Shown here piece by piece: positions 54,301 through 59,591 of a stretch of 64,000 nucleotides of DNA. The DNA comes from a virus. Positions within the stretch are counted from its first letter, which is position 1. The number at the start of each line of letters is the position of its first letter. The DNA lies in the IMG/VR virus record IMGVR_UViG_3300045988_160093; one strand, given 5' to 3'. A program made the position numbers and the translations under genes. The notes beneath the pieces are model-generated. The model worked only from the letters and a program-made list of their open reading frames with translations, made no database searches and had not been told where the DNA came from.

Positions 54301-57210
54301 GAGCAGGTAGACAAAAAAATCATGAAGCTCAACAAAGAAGCCCTCGACAAGGACCCACAGGCGACGACCCTCGCCAAGATGGGAGTTGAAGAGTTCAGAG
54401 ACGCATTCCATTCAGAAAAAAAGTTCCAGGAAACATTGCTCAATTCCGGCAAGATAAGCCTTGCAGAATACTACAAAGCCCTTGACGACTTCATAAAAGG
54501 TTTCAGTTTTCCACATACAGGTGACGCAGGAAAGAACGCCTTGATAGACAAGCTCAATGATTGGTATGCCGACAAGATAGGCGGCAAGTATGACGAGAAT
54601 GAGAATGACTATTCCGGAATAAGGAAATTCGACGACTTTGACAGTGACGCAGAAAGGATAGACTACGTGATGAATACGGAAGCCACTTTGGGCGAAGGGT
54701 CAAAGAACAAGTTGTGGCAAGGAATAGGCGGAGTGACACGTTTCGCCATAGACAACGACTATAATTATGGAGTGATAAGCAAGGATGTTCATAGCAGAGT
54801 CTCAAGTATGTTCAGTTGGTATATTCCTATGCGAGGATTCAAGGAAGACACGATGGAGGATATGTACGCTTATATGCACAATGAGATTTCCGATGGAGGC
54901 AATGTCAGTTCGGTAGTAAAGAGAGCCGACGGACGAACGACACTTGCCGACAGTCCGTTGGGAACGGCAGCAGCCCTTGCGGAGCGCAGTATCTCAAACG
55001 GCGAGGACAACCGCAACAAGCAGAGACTTTACAGACTCGTGAACCAGTGGCTGAAAGACCACACTACGACCAACGAGGACGGAAAGATAGAACTTACCGA
55101 AGAAGCCCCGGCAGTGATCAGTGAGGTGTGGTATAAGAAAGTCACCGACCATACGACAGGTGAAACATATTGGGAAGCCGTAATGCCGGATATAGACGGA
55201 GAGAAGGACCCCAAGCAGATACGCGCGAAAGTGGAACGCTTTGAAGAGAATATGCGCAATGCAGAGAAAAACGGCAACGCTACACGAACACTGCAGAAGG
55301 GAACGTTTGCCAAGCCATTCAAGGTGGCGAAACACAAGAACGAGCACGTTGTCTTTGTCAATGTAAACGGAAAGCAGAAGATGATAATCATGCAAGGCAA
55401 TCCACGTCCTGCACAGGCAATCAACGGAGATACGGCAAGCGATGTGACAGCAGGCAGGCTGATGAGAGGAATGAGTGCGATGTTCACATCATACAACATA
55501 ACGTTCAGTGTCACGAATACAAGCAGAGACACCTTCTTCGCCAACAACAACGTTGCAATCAGAGAAAATGCTGCATATTACGCTCGCTTCGTGAAGAACC
55601 AAGCCCTTATGGGAGGTTCTATGCTTCAAGGAACCGTTATGATGAACATGCCGAAGGTGAAAGGAATGTACTATCAGTTGTGGTCAGACTACAAAAAAGG
55701 CAAGAAGCTTACAGGCAAGTACGGTAAATATTTCGAGGAGTATATGAACAACGGCGGCAAGACAGGCTTCGTACAGACCAAGACGATAGAAGACTTGGAG
55801 AAACATATCAGAAATGAAGCTACGCAAAAGATGCTGTCAGCCTCGACGTTGGGCAAGGTAATGAGTAAGGTGCCCGAAGTGATAGAAGCCTTGAATGAAA
55901 GGTCAGAGAATATGAACCGCTTTGCTTGCTACGTGACAAGCAGGGAGATGGGAAGAAGCGTCATGCGCAGCGTTTCAGATGCGAAGGAGGTCAGCACGAA
56001 CTTCAACCGCAAGGGTTCAGGAAGCAAAGCCTTCAAAGGAACGAACGCAAAGGCATGGGAGAAATGGCAGGGATGGTTATATGATAGAGCCAAGAGCTAC
56101 TATCTCTTCTTCAATGCCGGAATGCAGGGCTTGTCTGTGCTGACCAACAACTTTGTGAGGCACAAGGTGAAGACCGCGGCCTTTGCAGTAGGAATCCCGA
56201 TATTGTTCGCGAGCAGTATAATACCGGCCCTCAACAGTTGGATAGCATCCTGCTTTGACGAGGACGACCAGTATGACAACCTTAGCGAGTGGGAGAGGAG
56301 AAACAATATCTGCATATACGCAGGACATTCCAACTGGGTAAAGGTGCCGTTGCCGATTGAGCTGAGAGCCTTCTACGGCTTTGGAGACATAGCGTTAGGT
56401 GTGACAAATCCAGCCTTCCGTTCAGAAAAAGGATTGTGGCTTGACATGCTGTCACAGGTGACGCAGATACTACCAGTTGACTTTATGGGAGAAGGCGGAG
56501 ATTTTTGGGGAGCTTTAATGCCAGATGTTGCCAAACCACTTTACCACGTTTGGGTTAACAGAGACTGGACCGGCAAGCCTATATACAAAGACTACGATTA
56601 TCTGAAATACGAGCCCGAATACCAAAAGGTGTTCCAGGGAGAAAACGAGTGGTTTGTATCGTTCAGCAAATTTATAAACGAGATGAGCGGCGGTAACGAG
56701 CACGTGAAAGGTTCTCTTGACGGAAAATGGAACAACCCTGCAATATGGGGTGAAATCATCACCGGATATGGAGGCGGTGCATTGTCGGATGCCATACGTA
56801 CAGGAAAGCTGGCAACGAGAGTAGCCACATGGAATTGGGAAGATTTCTCCACAAGAGAAGTACCGATGGTAAGAGCCTTGTACAGTTCGGCAACCGAGAA
56901 AACAAAATACTACAGGTCGCTCAGCAAGTATGCCCATTATAAGGAAGATGCCGACAAATACCTGCATGACTTCAAGGCAAATCTGAAAAGCGACAATCCG
57001 TTGTATGTGATGAAGGCAATCAGCGATATGAAGCGAGAGTCGCCGGAGTTCGTGAGGATGGCGAAAATCCACGGGTTTGAGAAGAGTATCAAGGACCTAA
57101 AGAAAATCGCCAACAACGAGAAGATTCCGAAGAAAGCCCGCGATGAGGCAAAAGAGCTCATCAACCAAGAGAAAGTAAAACTCGTGAAAGAATTTGAAAG
57201 TGACGAATAG
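42358..57210 (+). CDS. giant (4950 aa) polyvalent multidomain protein, probable packaged/ejected anti-defence cargo
   Basis: Uninterrupted 14.85-kb ORF with ATG start; multiple enzymatic motifs (see the domain entries). Confidence 0.85.
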   Translation: MADKITQVYNAYKADGATRAQSEQQFRNWMYGDNYRRGVWNDLRKQGAQVGTFEHFTEALGYKMNPKVKSKVAKQAIQYGAPKVPDNWGQMDMGRTFANDEMEQQLETQRNNQASSNAKKTGSNEPIAQRVKEKLNRTHLKEASKSGTIMNPLTGEPINNVPTYREKKEGKYWNPITETDMGDAVLDWSTTDANGDKVAQTQTKQNFEADAAAKAIANELTKTADYKGKWAKFDSEFEKHHGLVYHPAEYEENKKYREEGFDDNSKMLYEKYAPKLEDVSALLGSKNAKEAIVAAASKLGITPDDFLNRYVVPATEKANEEEYHKRGIEHFMPKNAWENMKANFAVSSLGNAANKSLVPEEYQNMRNEAVETYSDANSKTLDEKGVFSKEGIQALGRNISGGTARVMPDAVGFVIAGAEAKGVVKGLEIGWKALRGTGLVTKVLGKAVPKTLTSLTKKYGAQTAGRILNAVNNESIGSFIQANARQFAQGSLTMGIFEANNYLATEGREKIKEGKWGEFAEGLYTSGMSGLGTGMLFSGIGTVTGALGRNLGVTGRETTRLEKLKHGTEKALFSASALFVEGLGFRAEDLYDEAKKGELTFGSVLENGGKGVIDKITMDLGMAAGKGKRPSLKQMVVGAVANTNPHVKFSAVEKNELMKSTGGKSLFEALDGIAEGKNVSPVYRTKMSEFFNDPNISRRTKQKVAYVVGKTIDTNMPRTERVSISQGTSGTQEVRTYSKDGELLTVDVYKNAEAAEVAKQEIYAKRDKNDFIALWVDSLKPTQSENNTALENTAKELGYDDVGVFLADWDEAQKSSDADFLSKVSKTINENIGKIVADRHKQMLDAKRAINEEYDVDIDKVLDKNPVMWKDKEREAVKELGSRLKKGFSDKNDEAHNNAIARQDGADLSEQTELEDSEKVIESSQAVNERLDSAVEAWRKMQEENPDLAEWMKNNPDSTVEELRENFGDYVADAYMELSNAKAMRDGFIQNTGEKIEDAVKNQVEQAKFTGTMQNKEGSKVVTDNSVTVFADKDGNEYTLVGGDVIVDSAGDGSYSAGKSGLVIFRDKDGNLIQRTNFDGLNEVGTFSLEDYANRIRTTLQEQKTAEIQSTETPLPESQNKETPKEELPSEAPKSEEPKEEDFIRNSNSEEKLSSEKDEWGNPLIKASDGSVDFGEISEGYGLQAAPIRLSLGENKKNPETGKDEGYGLLHIEARHGDQIRKAGFNSIEEFVESIARDYTEIREGVQIGTTQTYLIVKKDGHANTLYIELSRDGKYWNVNSAGIFKEKYVNRKNEIKPEPTVGSSTSTDTTGVNHGLNEGATVTSGNSPMISDSKDTTKSSDLQEGNETLTFKNTEAAKEESNYEKNDIPMDNEGEPVYEQVPKERTAQDLFDKLGDGNVAHNYAQIRIEGAEKELKEAKKKEPKIGTKINEYLKKKQEYEDRVKAAEDKVAYWESVKEEIEKLTHTTPEELKEAQEELDGTAAREEYKKTVGETQPADGVSLAAEFVVDARITPESFRKETGLSAADQRTFVGMIAGAEKGGKSIERLGEELVEYDNAYYGGAYFHGDSNDARSAIISALMSAKSRKGLREMAQPDMEREVRERARMRDEAYHERYGMDYEEYLSYSEQEMPHILGKLNNFDEQKYLQDKAEEITNQINKEHGKTDRENDSSREESVHGAGDKVLPEERIDDRGRGESPKEHGGREKAERRGNTEDAPLHETPSGGEVEKGERKEEKPSDPSDAAEGMRGAAEQFHEERVEKARKAYEEAKASGDVSETKRTKDEYRKALDDKLKAQGIGLIERRKTIAKEMGEEPKVEKPKGEGPKVGEKQWEDMTPTERAEKADADPLTEDEIRSDEDNKELAAAAIAYLNGDKSLLNQIAYLKIYGNVRSRHEDVPGNSGTEDTSQLAATDNGGGEGMELESGRGSGGTAEPMDRGAGGETAPGKQESGETGKGNADTPAGEGSHIEGEGGAPGLGGLPAGSGGRTGSGNAGSTGSVGRGRGRGSGSRPSKSNGKRKPAAKQGTTFPNSKGRDVKQETKDAKAAMLAAFAEFNKRNKKDKNILSSSFLLGLEKHLPTAEALEYLPDVMKATGRYGVALIGEGIYKTKEWIKNVREAIFDVMKEGGFSDADIDEYIREMWHMPWEMDGETHKIGEWASIKGYAGLRESLKEPLRKKFDKQVLAEPTEVKVGDRKNIEETLPFLLPQQQDDVLKAETQFFDESHKDKAHANGKGYMFTNGTGTGKTYTGLGIIKRMVKQGKGRILIITPSQQKVKDWINDGKNLCLDIRDLDDWANERGSTATNEKGDGVVITTFANFGTNKRLLEDQFDAIVYDESHRIMENKNATETARSRQHYMLSNRNESYALMRLEEINPDCMKMRGLAEDFEDARKKEVERIQAEYRKEHPSENEKEMRFHTSKSLPKDIHSFSISDKAKFPELGKIYEDYIKARDYYINNVKPKLEKQAKESVDKTKVVFLSATPFNTRENIEYAEGYLFSYPERNEMGQSGKTQFFLEHFGAGYKYRYHRLESSTSNAEALAKQEIAFSDWLQNDLGTMSGRVIDSPFDYSRDFPTVSVEHADEFNTACEEISRDKIFGDAYRKVLGDYNYGSALFETMKVSALLPRLREHLAAGRKIVIFHRRVTSKEPLKAPFGMILGEQAEQTIKALPKEKQPEARTRLNELRDRYSGLLEWEKTLDFSMPREQLAKAFGEDNVLYFSGSENKKVKSEAVKQFNDDNSGKNIIVIQEASGKEGISLHDTTGKHQRVCITLALPQSPITALQIEGRTYRIGNESNAIFEYPVLGLTSEYNLFASKFNRQVSTTENLALGSQARNLRDSFARGIEEHSGVVPIDQQGVGGKEFDKGDANENDPFDNAVLDYYTNQRLNKNNREGVDYFPTPEPLGYKMVEWANIGEGDSVLEPSAGHGAIARYVPQSNELVAIEPSMSLFAKLQMKAGGLGRKFQNETFEAYHISNKHDTIVMNPPFGHAGATAIAHIEKAFGHLEEGGRMVAIIPRGAMDKKFDKWYDNEKTAAMRAEVDLPDIVFQQAGTSVRCRVVVVDKITDSKLREQAHMEKADLSGHYDKIEDFFNDLRNIEVPDRIIDTNFKMQKMSKSAVKSLKEIRDVWSADVDKDGVHVRTSSWMGYDISFTGSEDPKRWKDKMAATYDKYAQMEKSELREGNKAVFGELKELACKLAGMTEDEMRRYLVSKGAGSVKFRKNDNLTPEERRSEERMEEHHVEVAKAAENLNTKVNVCVDINDVTNAEARSAIERGEKVKAWYDTRTGEVHVYLPNVTDKYDAQMSVAHEVVAHKGMRGLLGEEGYRSMMRRMYTHLSNEEAKEVNERMMKNGWDFYTAMDEWVADKAEESVFTPKYVVMKDGLHRYPLDKVFHIVTEAMHDVGYRINPNVDDVKYWLWASKKGLKNGDAYTEMKRNSFLWRLNHNTSNDGIENGEFVETGGVRFSNGNSKLNGEDSEKLFASLQNKKGKEYYDTVTEIARRVVERRNGKATVLEESNGKSESDTNESFYGGFKSVAHCAASIITHDVERSVYADVANRENKSRGSESAGEGLYANIDKNVRSQGLGAENKEGLANRVNREIFSRLKDWAEQNHAWLDRRNFGKKYPTSNKIGEGEEAEVYLSKDGKSVLKIIHNDTYLNPVGSKLDELAYENIALGDNERKVIGFMKDPYAFNDNMLILVEQPYVEGKTVDEIYGGDTPEALAFIDKVMKDKGFEVKETPFSEDLDDWLVKTYYNRDFTIRDVNTGNVIVDKDGKPHVIDVYAFINHGEFEKYGDNSIPANTANFEIDFTKPTNKSAERKVNSQAKGSGNIRFRKDDKAKHESTLFRKPSLDRSKNDTPLMSATKDSIDKALNNWNARRIECWTDDKHGLRVFQQKLAEGLTKGMNDSMDSYHGAINQSSIVREKQYQFETRELKTMNDAVKECTRKLGGGMEGYEELNKYAYVKSGLERNRVLFVRDAAEQVDKKIMKLNKEALDKDPQATTLAKMGVEEFRDAFHSEKKFQETLLNSGKISLAEYYKALDDFIKGFSFPHTGDAGKNALIDKLNDWYADKIGGKYDENENDYSGIRKFDDFDSDAERIDYVMNTEATLGEGSKNKLWQGIGGVTRFAIDNDYNYGVISKDVHSRVSSMFSWYIPMRGFKEDTMEDMYAYMHNEISDGGNVSSVVKRADGRTTLADSPLGTAAALAERSISNGEDNRNKQRLYRLVNQWLKDHTTTNEDGKIELTEEAPAVISEVWYKKVTDHTTGETYWEAVMPDIDGEKDPKQIRAKVERFEENMRNAEKNGNATRTLQKGTFAKPFKVAKHKNEHVVFVNVNGKQKMIIMQGNPRPAQAINGDTASDVTAGRLMRGMSAMFTSYNITFSVTNTSRDTFFANNNVAIRENAAYYARFVKNQALMGGSMLQGTVMMNMPKVKGMYYQLWSDYKKGKKLTGKYGKYFEEYMNNGGKTGFVQTKTIEDLEKHIRNEATQKMLSASTLGKVMSKVPEVIEALNERSENMNRFACYVTSREMGRSVMRSVSDAKEVSTNFNRKGSGSKAFKGTNAKAWEKWQGWLYDRAKSYYLFFNAGMQGLSVLTNNFVRHKVKTAAFAVGIPILFASSIIPALNSWIASCFDEDDQYDNLSEWERRNNICIYAGHSNWVKVPLPIELRAFYGFGDIALGVTNPAFRSEKGLWLDMLSQVTQILPVDFMGEGGDFWGALMPDVAKPLYHVWVNRDWTGKPIYKDYDYLKYEPEYQKVFQGENEWFVSFSKFINEMSGGNEHVKGSLDGKWNNPAIWGEIITGYGGGALSDAIRTGKLATRVATWNWEDFSTREVPMVRALYSSATEKTKYYRSLSKYAHYKEDADKYLHDFKANLKSDNPLYVMKAISDMKRESPEFVRMAKIHGFEKSIKDLKKIANNEKIPKKARDEAKELINQEKVKLVKEFESDE
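43550..44290 (+). other. glycine-rich hydrophobic region of the giant protein
   Basis: GFVIAGAEAKGVVKG ... SGMSGLGTGMLFSGIGTVTGALG ... MVVGAVAN. Confidence 0.4.
45835..46224 (+). other. compact His/Arg motif module, possibly a BECR-type (barnase/EndoU/colicin-like) RNase domain
   Basis: GYGLLHIEARHGDQIRKAGF (aa 1206-1225) within a roughly 130-aa globular-looking block; the assignment is from memory of polyvalent-protein domains. Confidence 0.3.
48106..48440 (+). other. G/S/E/R low-complexity (RGG-like) linker
   Basis: GGGEGMELESGRGSGG...GSVGRGRGRGSGSRPSKSNGKRKP. Confidence 0.7.
48960..50780 (+). other. superfamily-2 (SNF2/DEAD-like) helicase domain
   Basis: GTGTGKT at nt 49081 (aa 2242-2248), DESH at nt 49366 (aa 2337-2340), QIEGRTYRIG at nt 50707 (aa 2784-). 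Confidence 0.8.
51040..51560 (+). other. N6-adenine DNA methyltransferase domain
   Basis: YFPTPEPL, VLEPSAGHGAI (nt 51118, motif I), NPPF (nt 51310-51321, motif IV). Confidence 0.8.
52150..52460 (+). other. zincin-like metallopeptidase motif region
   Basis: HEVVAH (HExxH) at nt 52282-52299 (aa 3309-3314). Confidence 0.5.
53200..53760 (+). other. protein-kinase-like fold
   Basis: IGEGEEAEVY (aa 3632-3641), K3651 in VLKIIH, RDVNTGN (D3763, N3768), VIDV (D3781, 18 residues after D3763). Confidence 0.55.
56166..56255 (+). other. hydrophobic (TM-like) helix in the C-terminal region
   Basis: VKTAAFAVGIPILFASSIIPALNSWIASCF. Confidence 0.45.
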
Positions 57211-57225
57211 AAACGAAAGAAAAAA

Positions 57226-57253
57226 GGAAGAGTCTTGATTGGCTCTTCCTTTT
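57226..57253. terminator. bidirectional intrinsic terminator between convergent operons
   Basis: A5, GGAAGAG/CTCTTCC stem, TTTT. Confidence 0.65.
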
Positions 57254-57257
57254 ATAG

Positions 57258-57884
57258 TTAAGGGAACGGGTGCATCCCCTTGCGCAGCCTGCCCGGTTTG
57301 TAGCTCAAGAGAGCGTTGTGGATTTCCTCTAAAGACAATTCCATCTGCTGCTCCTTTGATGCAGTGACAGGGTCCTTTGCGGTAAGGTACAACAAAAGGT
57401 ATTCATACAAGCATCCGTTTACGATGTAGTCGTGGATAGCATCCGTCAAAGGAGTCAAGGCGTTTTCGTTCCACCAATCGCCCACCGACATTGCGATGTC
57501 AATCTCTTCGTTGTCCCTTATCCTGTCAGACGCAGCAGGAATATCCTCCTGCTTCAATACCGAAGCGAGTTTCCTTTTGGCAAGAGAAAGATATTTGTTG
57601 AACCATCTTTGCAAGAGAGGACCAACGGCATCCGTGTTCTCGATATTGTTGTCCTGCAAGCCCTTCTCGTTGCGCCTACTACGGGTGATGATACTCAGTT
57701 CGGCTTCAACATCATAGATAAGCTGGGGGCGCATAATATAAATATGGTATTCCCTTTTCTGTTTGCCACATACATTAGCCCTGCCGGTCATGCGATTGCA
57801 GTCACATTCCAGTTCAGAGGAAATGGCATATCTCTCAACGGCATCACATTGAGGATTGTTCGGGTCGTGATAAATGTTACTCAT
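57258..57884 (-). CDS. hypothetical head/neck-associated protein
   Basis: Last gene of the portal-terminase operon; ATGA overlap upstream. Confidence 0.5.
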   Translation of the reverse strand: MSNIYHDPNNPQCDAVERYAISSELECDCNRMTGRANVCGKQKREYHIYIMRPQLIYDVEAELSIITRSRRNEKGLQDNNIENTDAVGPLLQRWFNKYLSLAKRKLASVLKQEDIPAASDRIRDNEEIDIAMSVGDWWNENALTPLTDAIHDYIVNGCLYEYLLLYLTAKDPVTASKEQQMELSLEEIHNALLSYKPGRLRKGMHPFP

Positions 57885-58339
57885 AAGAATTTCAGTTTTA
57901 GTAAATGATACACACTATACATTATTATATATCCAAGGAAGAGAGAATATATATGGATGAAGAAGTTAACCCCAGGCAGCAGTCCGATCAGAACGGCAAA
58001 CGGGAGAATCCTCCTGCACATAGGATAAAAACCTGCAGAGTAAGCCCACGTTGCACCGATATGCGCAAACAGGACCGCAGACAATCCCATAGTGGCAGTA
58101 TCACCCATAGGAAGAAAAGAAGCAGCCACAGCAGCAATGTAAGCCACAATGCCAACATTCTTTCTGAATGACAACAGGGCAACCAAATTGGCAAGCAAGT
58201 GAAAGACGTTCGCATGGGAAAACGGATAGAAGAAATGAGATACACCATATTCATTCCATACGAACGAACATCTGTACCCAAGCAGGAACGCCAAGAAAAC
58301 GGCAACCGCTATAGAAGCGTTAGTCAAGTTAAATTTCAT
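57881..58339 (-). CDS. minimal six-TM rhomboid-like intramembrane serine protease
   Basis: FSHANVFHLLANL (compare GlpG FSHASLMHILFNL), GLSAVLFAHIG (compare GLSGVVYALMG, catalytic Ser), IHIYSLFLG (compare AHIAGLAVG, catalytic His). Confidence 0.7.
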   Translation of the reverse strand: MKFNLTNASIAVAVFLAFLLGYRCSFVWNEYGVSHFFYPFSHANVFHLLANLVALLSFRKNVGIVAYIAAVAASFLPMGDTATMGLSAVLFAHIGATWAYSAGFYPMCRRILPFAVLIGLLPGVNFFIHIYSLFLGYIIMYSVYHLLKLKFL

Positions 58340-59097
58340 TCTTCAACAATTATGGTTACGAGATTCTTTACAATCGGGTCGTGTCGGGAATATAGCTGCA
58401 AGGTAGCCATACCGCTTTCCCTTCCAAAGACAGAGAAGGAATTGTCATTATGAGACGCGACCTGCATGATGGCGAGATTGAGAGAAGTCGCTTCAATATC
58501 ATTGGTAGCATCTTCATCAATAGAGTAAGAGATAACAGCCGTCTCGCCTTTTTTTACCTTTACGGCAGCATCCGGTACATGGATAGCTGTAGTGTAAGGA
58601 TATTTCGGAGCCATCGGCGGTGTACGGTCGAAGCACTTTAGAATCGGAGTCAGGATGCGCTCAGACATTTCAGAATAGTCAGCAGCCCTCTTCGGGTTGA
58701 TTGGAGCCCACCACAACATCAGCATCTTCTTTATTATGAAATCAGAGCCAAGACGGGCAAGAGTATCTTTATTGGCATTGTTGAATCTGTCAGAAACCTC
58801 CATCCTGTATTTCACGGCAGCACTGTCCGACAAGTCAAGGAAAACCGCATTGTCAGCAGCAGTCAGATATTTCTGCGTAGCAAAGTCAGACATAAACGTT
58901 TTCAGTTCCTCAGCCGCCGTGAGCATATCCCTTTGGAGTTTCCTCTCCTTGTATTCATCATCACCAGCCTGCTCGTGATATGCAAGTCTTGTAGCCTTTT
59001 CATCAGCCGCCCTGTCAGAATTGGAAGTGATGAGCGTTTCAGACTTGACCGCATCCAAAATCGTGGAGCGTAAAAGAATAAGTTGTATAGTCTTCAT
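58336..59097 (-). CDS. structural protein with a C-terminal Ig-like (Big_2-like) domain
   Basis: The C-terminal ~85 aa shows a beta-rich pattern (VKVKKGETAVISYSID...ATLQLYS...VTIIV). Confidence 0.5.
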   Translation of the reverse strand: MKTIQLILLRSTILDAVKSETLITSNSDRAADEKATRLAYHEQAGDDEYKERKLQRDMLTAAEELKTFMSDFATQKYLTAADNAVFLDLSDSAAVKYRMEVSDRFNNANKDTLARLGSDFIIKKMLMLWWAPINPKRAADYSEMSERILTPILKCFDRTPPMAPKYPYTTAIHVPDAAVKVKKGETAVISYSIDEDATNDIEATSLNLAIMQVASHNDNSFSVFGRESGMATLQLYSRHDPIVKNLVTIIVEE

Positions 59098-59108
59098 ATA
59101 GTATGTAT

Positions 59109-59579
59109 TTATGATATTTCACCTGTAGTCTCGTCAAGAGGCGAAGAAGAAGTCACCACCTTGGACCTGTTGAAAACAGAGTTGCGGATATTGGAAAGCA
59201 AGACATCACACTCCGTAATATATTTCTTAGCCAGTTCAGAACCCGTCATAGACAAGTACTGAGCAAGACAATACGCACGAGCATAACTTGACACAAGGTC
59301 GTTATACATCTCCGTAAGGTCGTCAGTAATACCATTGTTGACTGAAATGAGAATCTCATCCCCATCCTTATGATAATTGTTTATACACTCAGGAGCGATG
59401 GCGACAACCGATAGAACGGCATCCTTGGCAAGTCCCGTTATCAGTCCTTTCTCCCTTGACGAGAGGGCGAACGTAGTATAAGTCGGTTCGCCACCTTCGT
59501 TCTTAATCCTCTTGCTGATCATCGCCAGCTGGTCCTGCACATTGTCAAAGACCGAAGAAATGTCAATTTTTATTCTCAT
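59109..59579 (-). CDS. hypothetical head-associated protein
   Basis: ATG start; downstream of the terminase. Confidence 0.5.
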   Translation of the reverse strand: MRIKIDISSVFDNVQDQLAMISKRIKNEGGEPTYTTFALSSREKGLITGLAKDAVLSVVAIAPECINNYHKDGDEILISVNNGITDDLTEMYNDLVSSYARAYCLAQYLSMTGSELAKKYITECDVLLSNIRNSVFNRSKVVTSSSPLDETTGEIS

Positions 59580-59591
59580 AACATTATAATA

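Noticed and set aside
42277-57164. Dozens of 60-270 aa minus-strand and alternate-frame ORFs inside the giant gene
   Set aside because: They are shadow ORFs antisense to or out of frame with a continuous 4950-codon ORF. Their composition is low-complexity (S/L/F/C-rich) and they have no start context.
42358-57210. Giant ORF as a crAss-like virion RNA polymerase
   Set aside because: I found no DxDGD-type two-barrel polymerase motif. The recognisable motifs are helicase, MTase, zincin and kinase-like instead.
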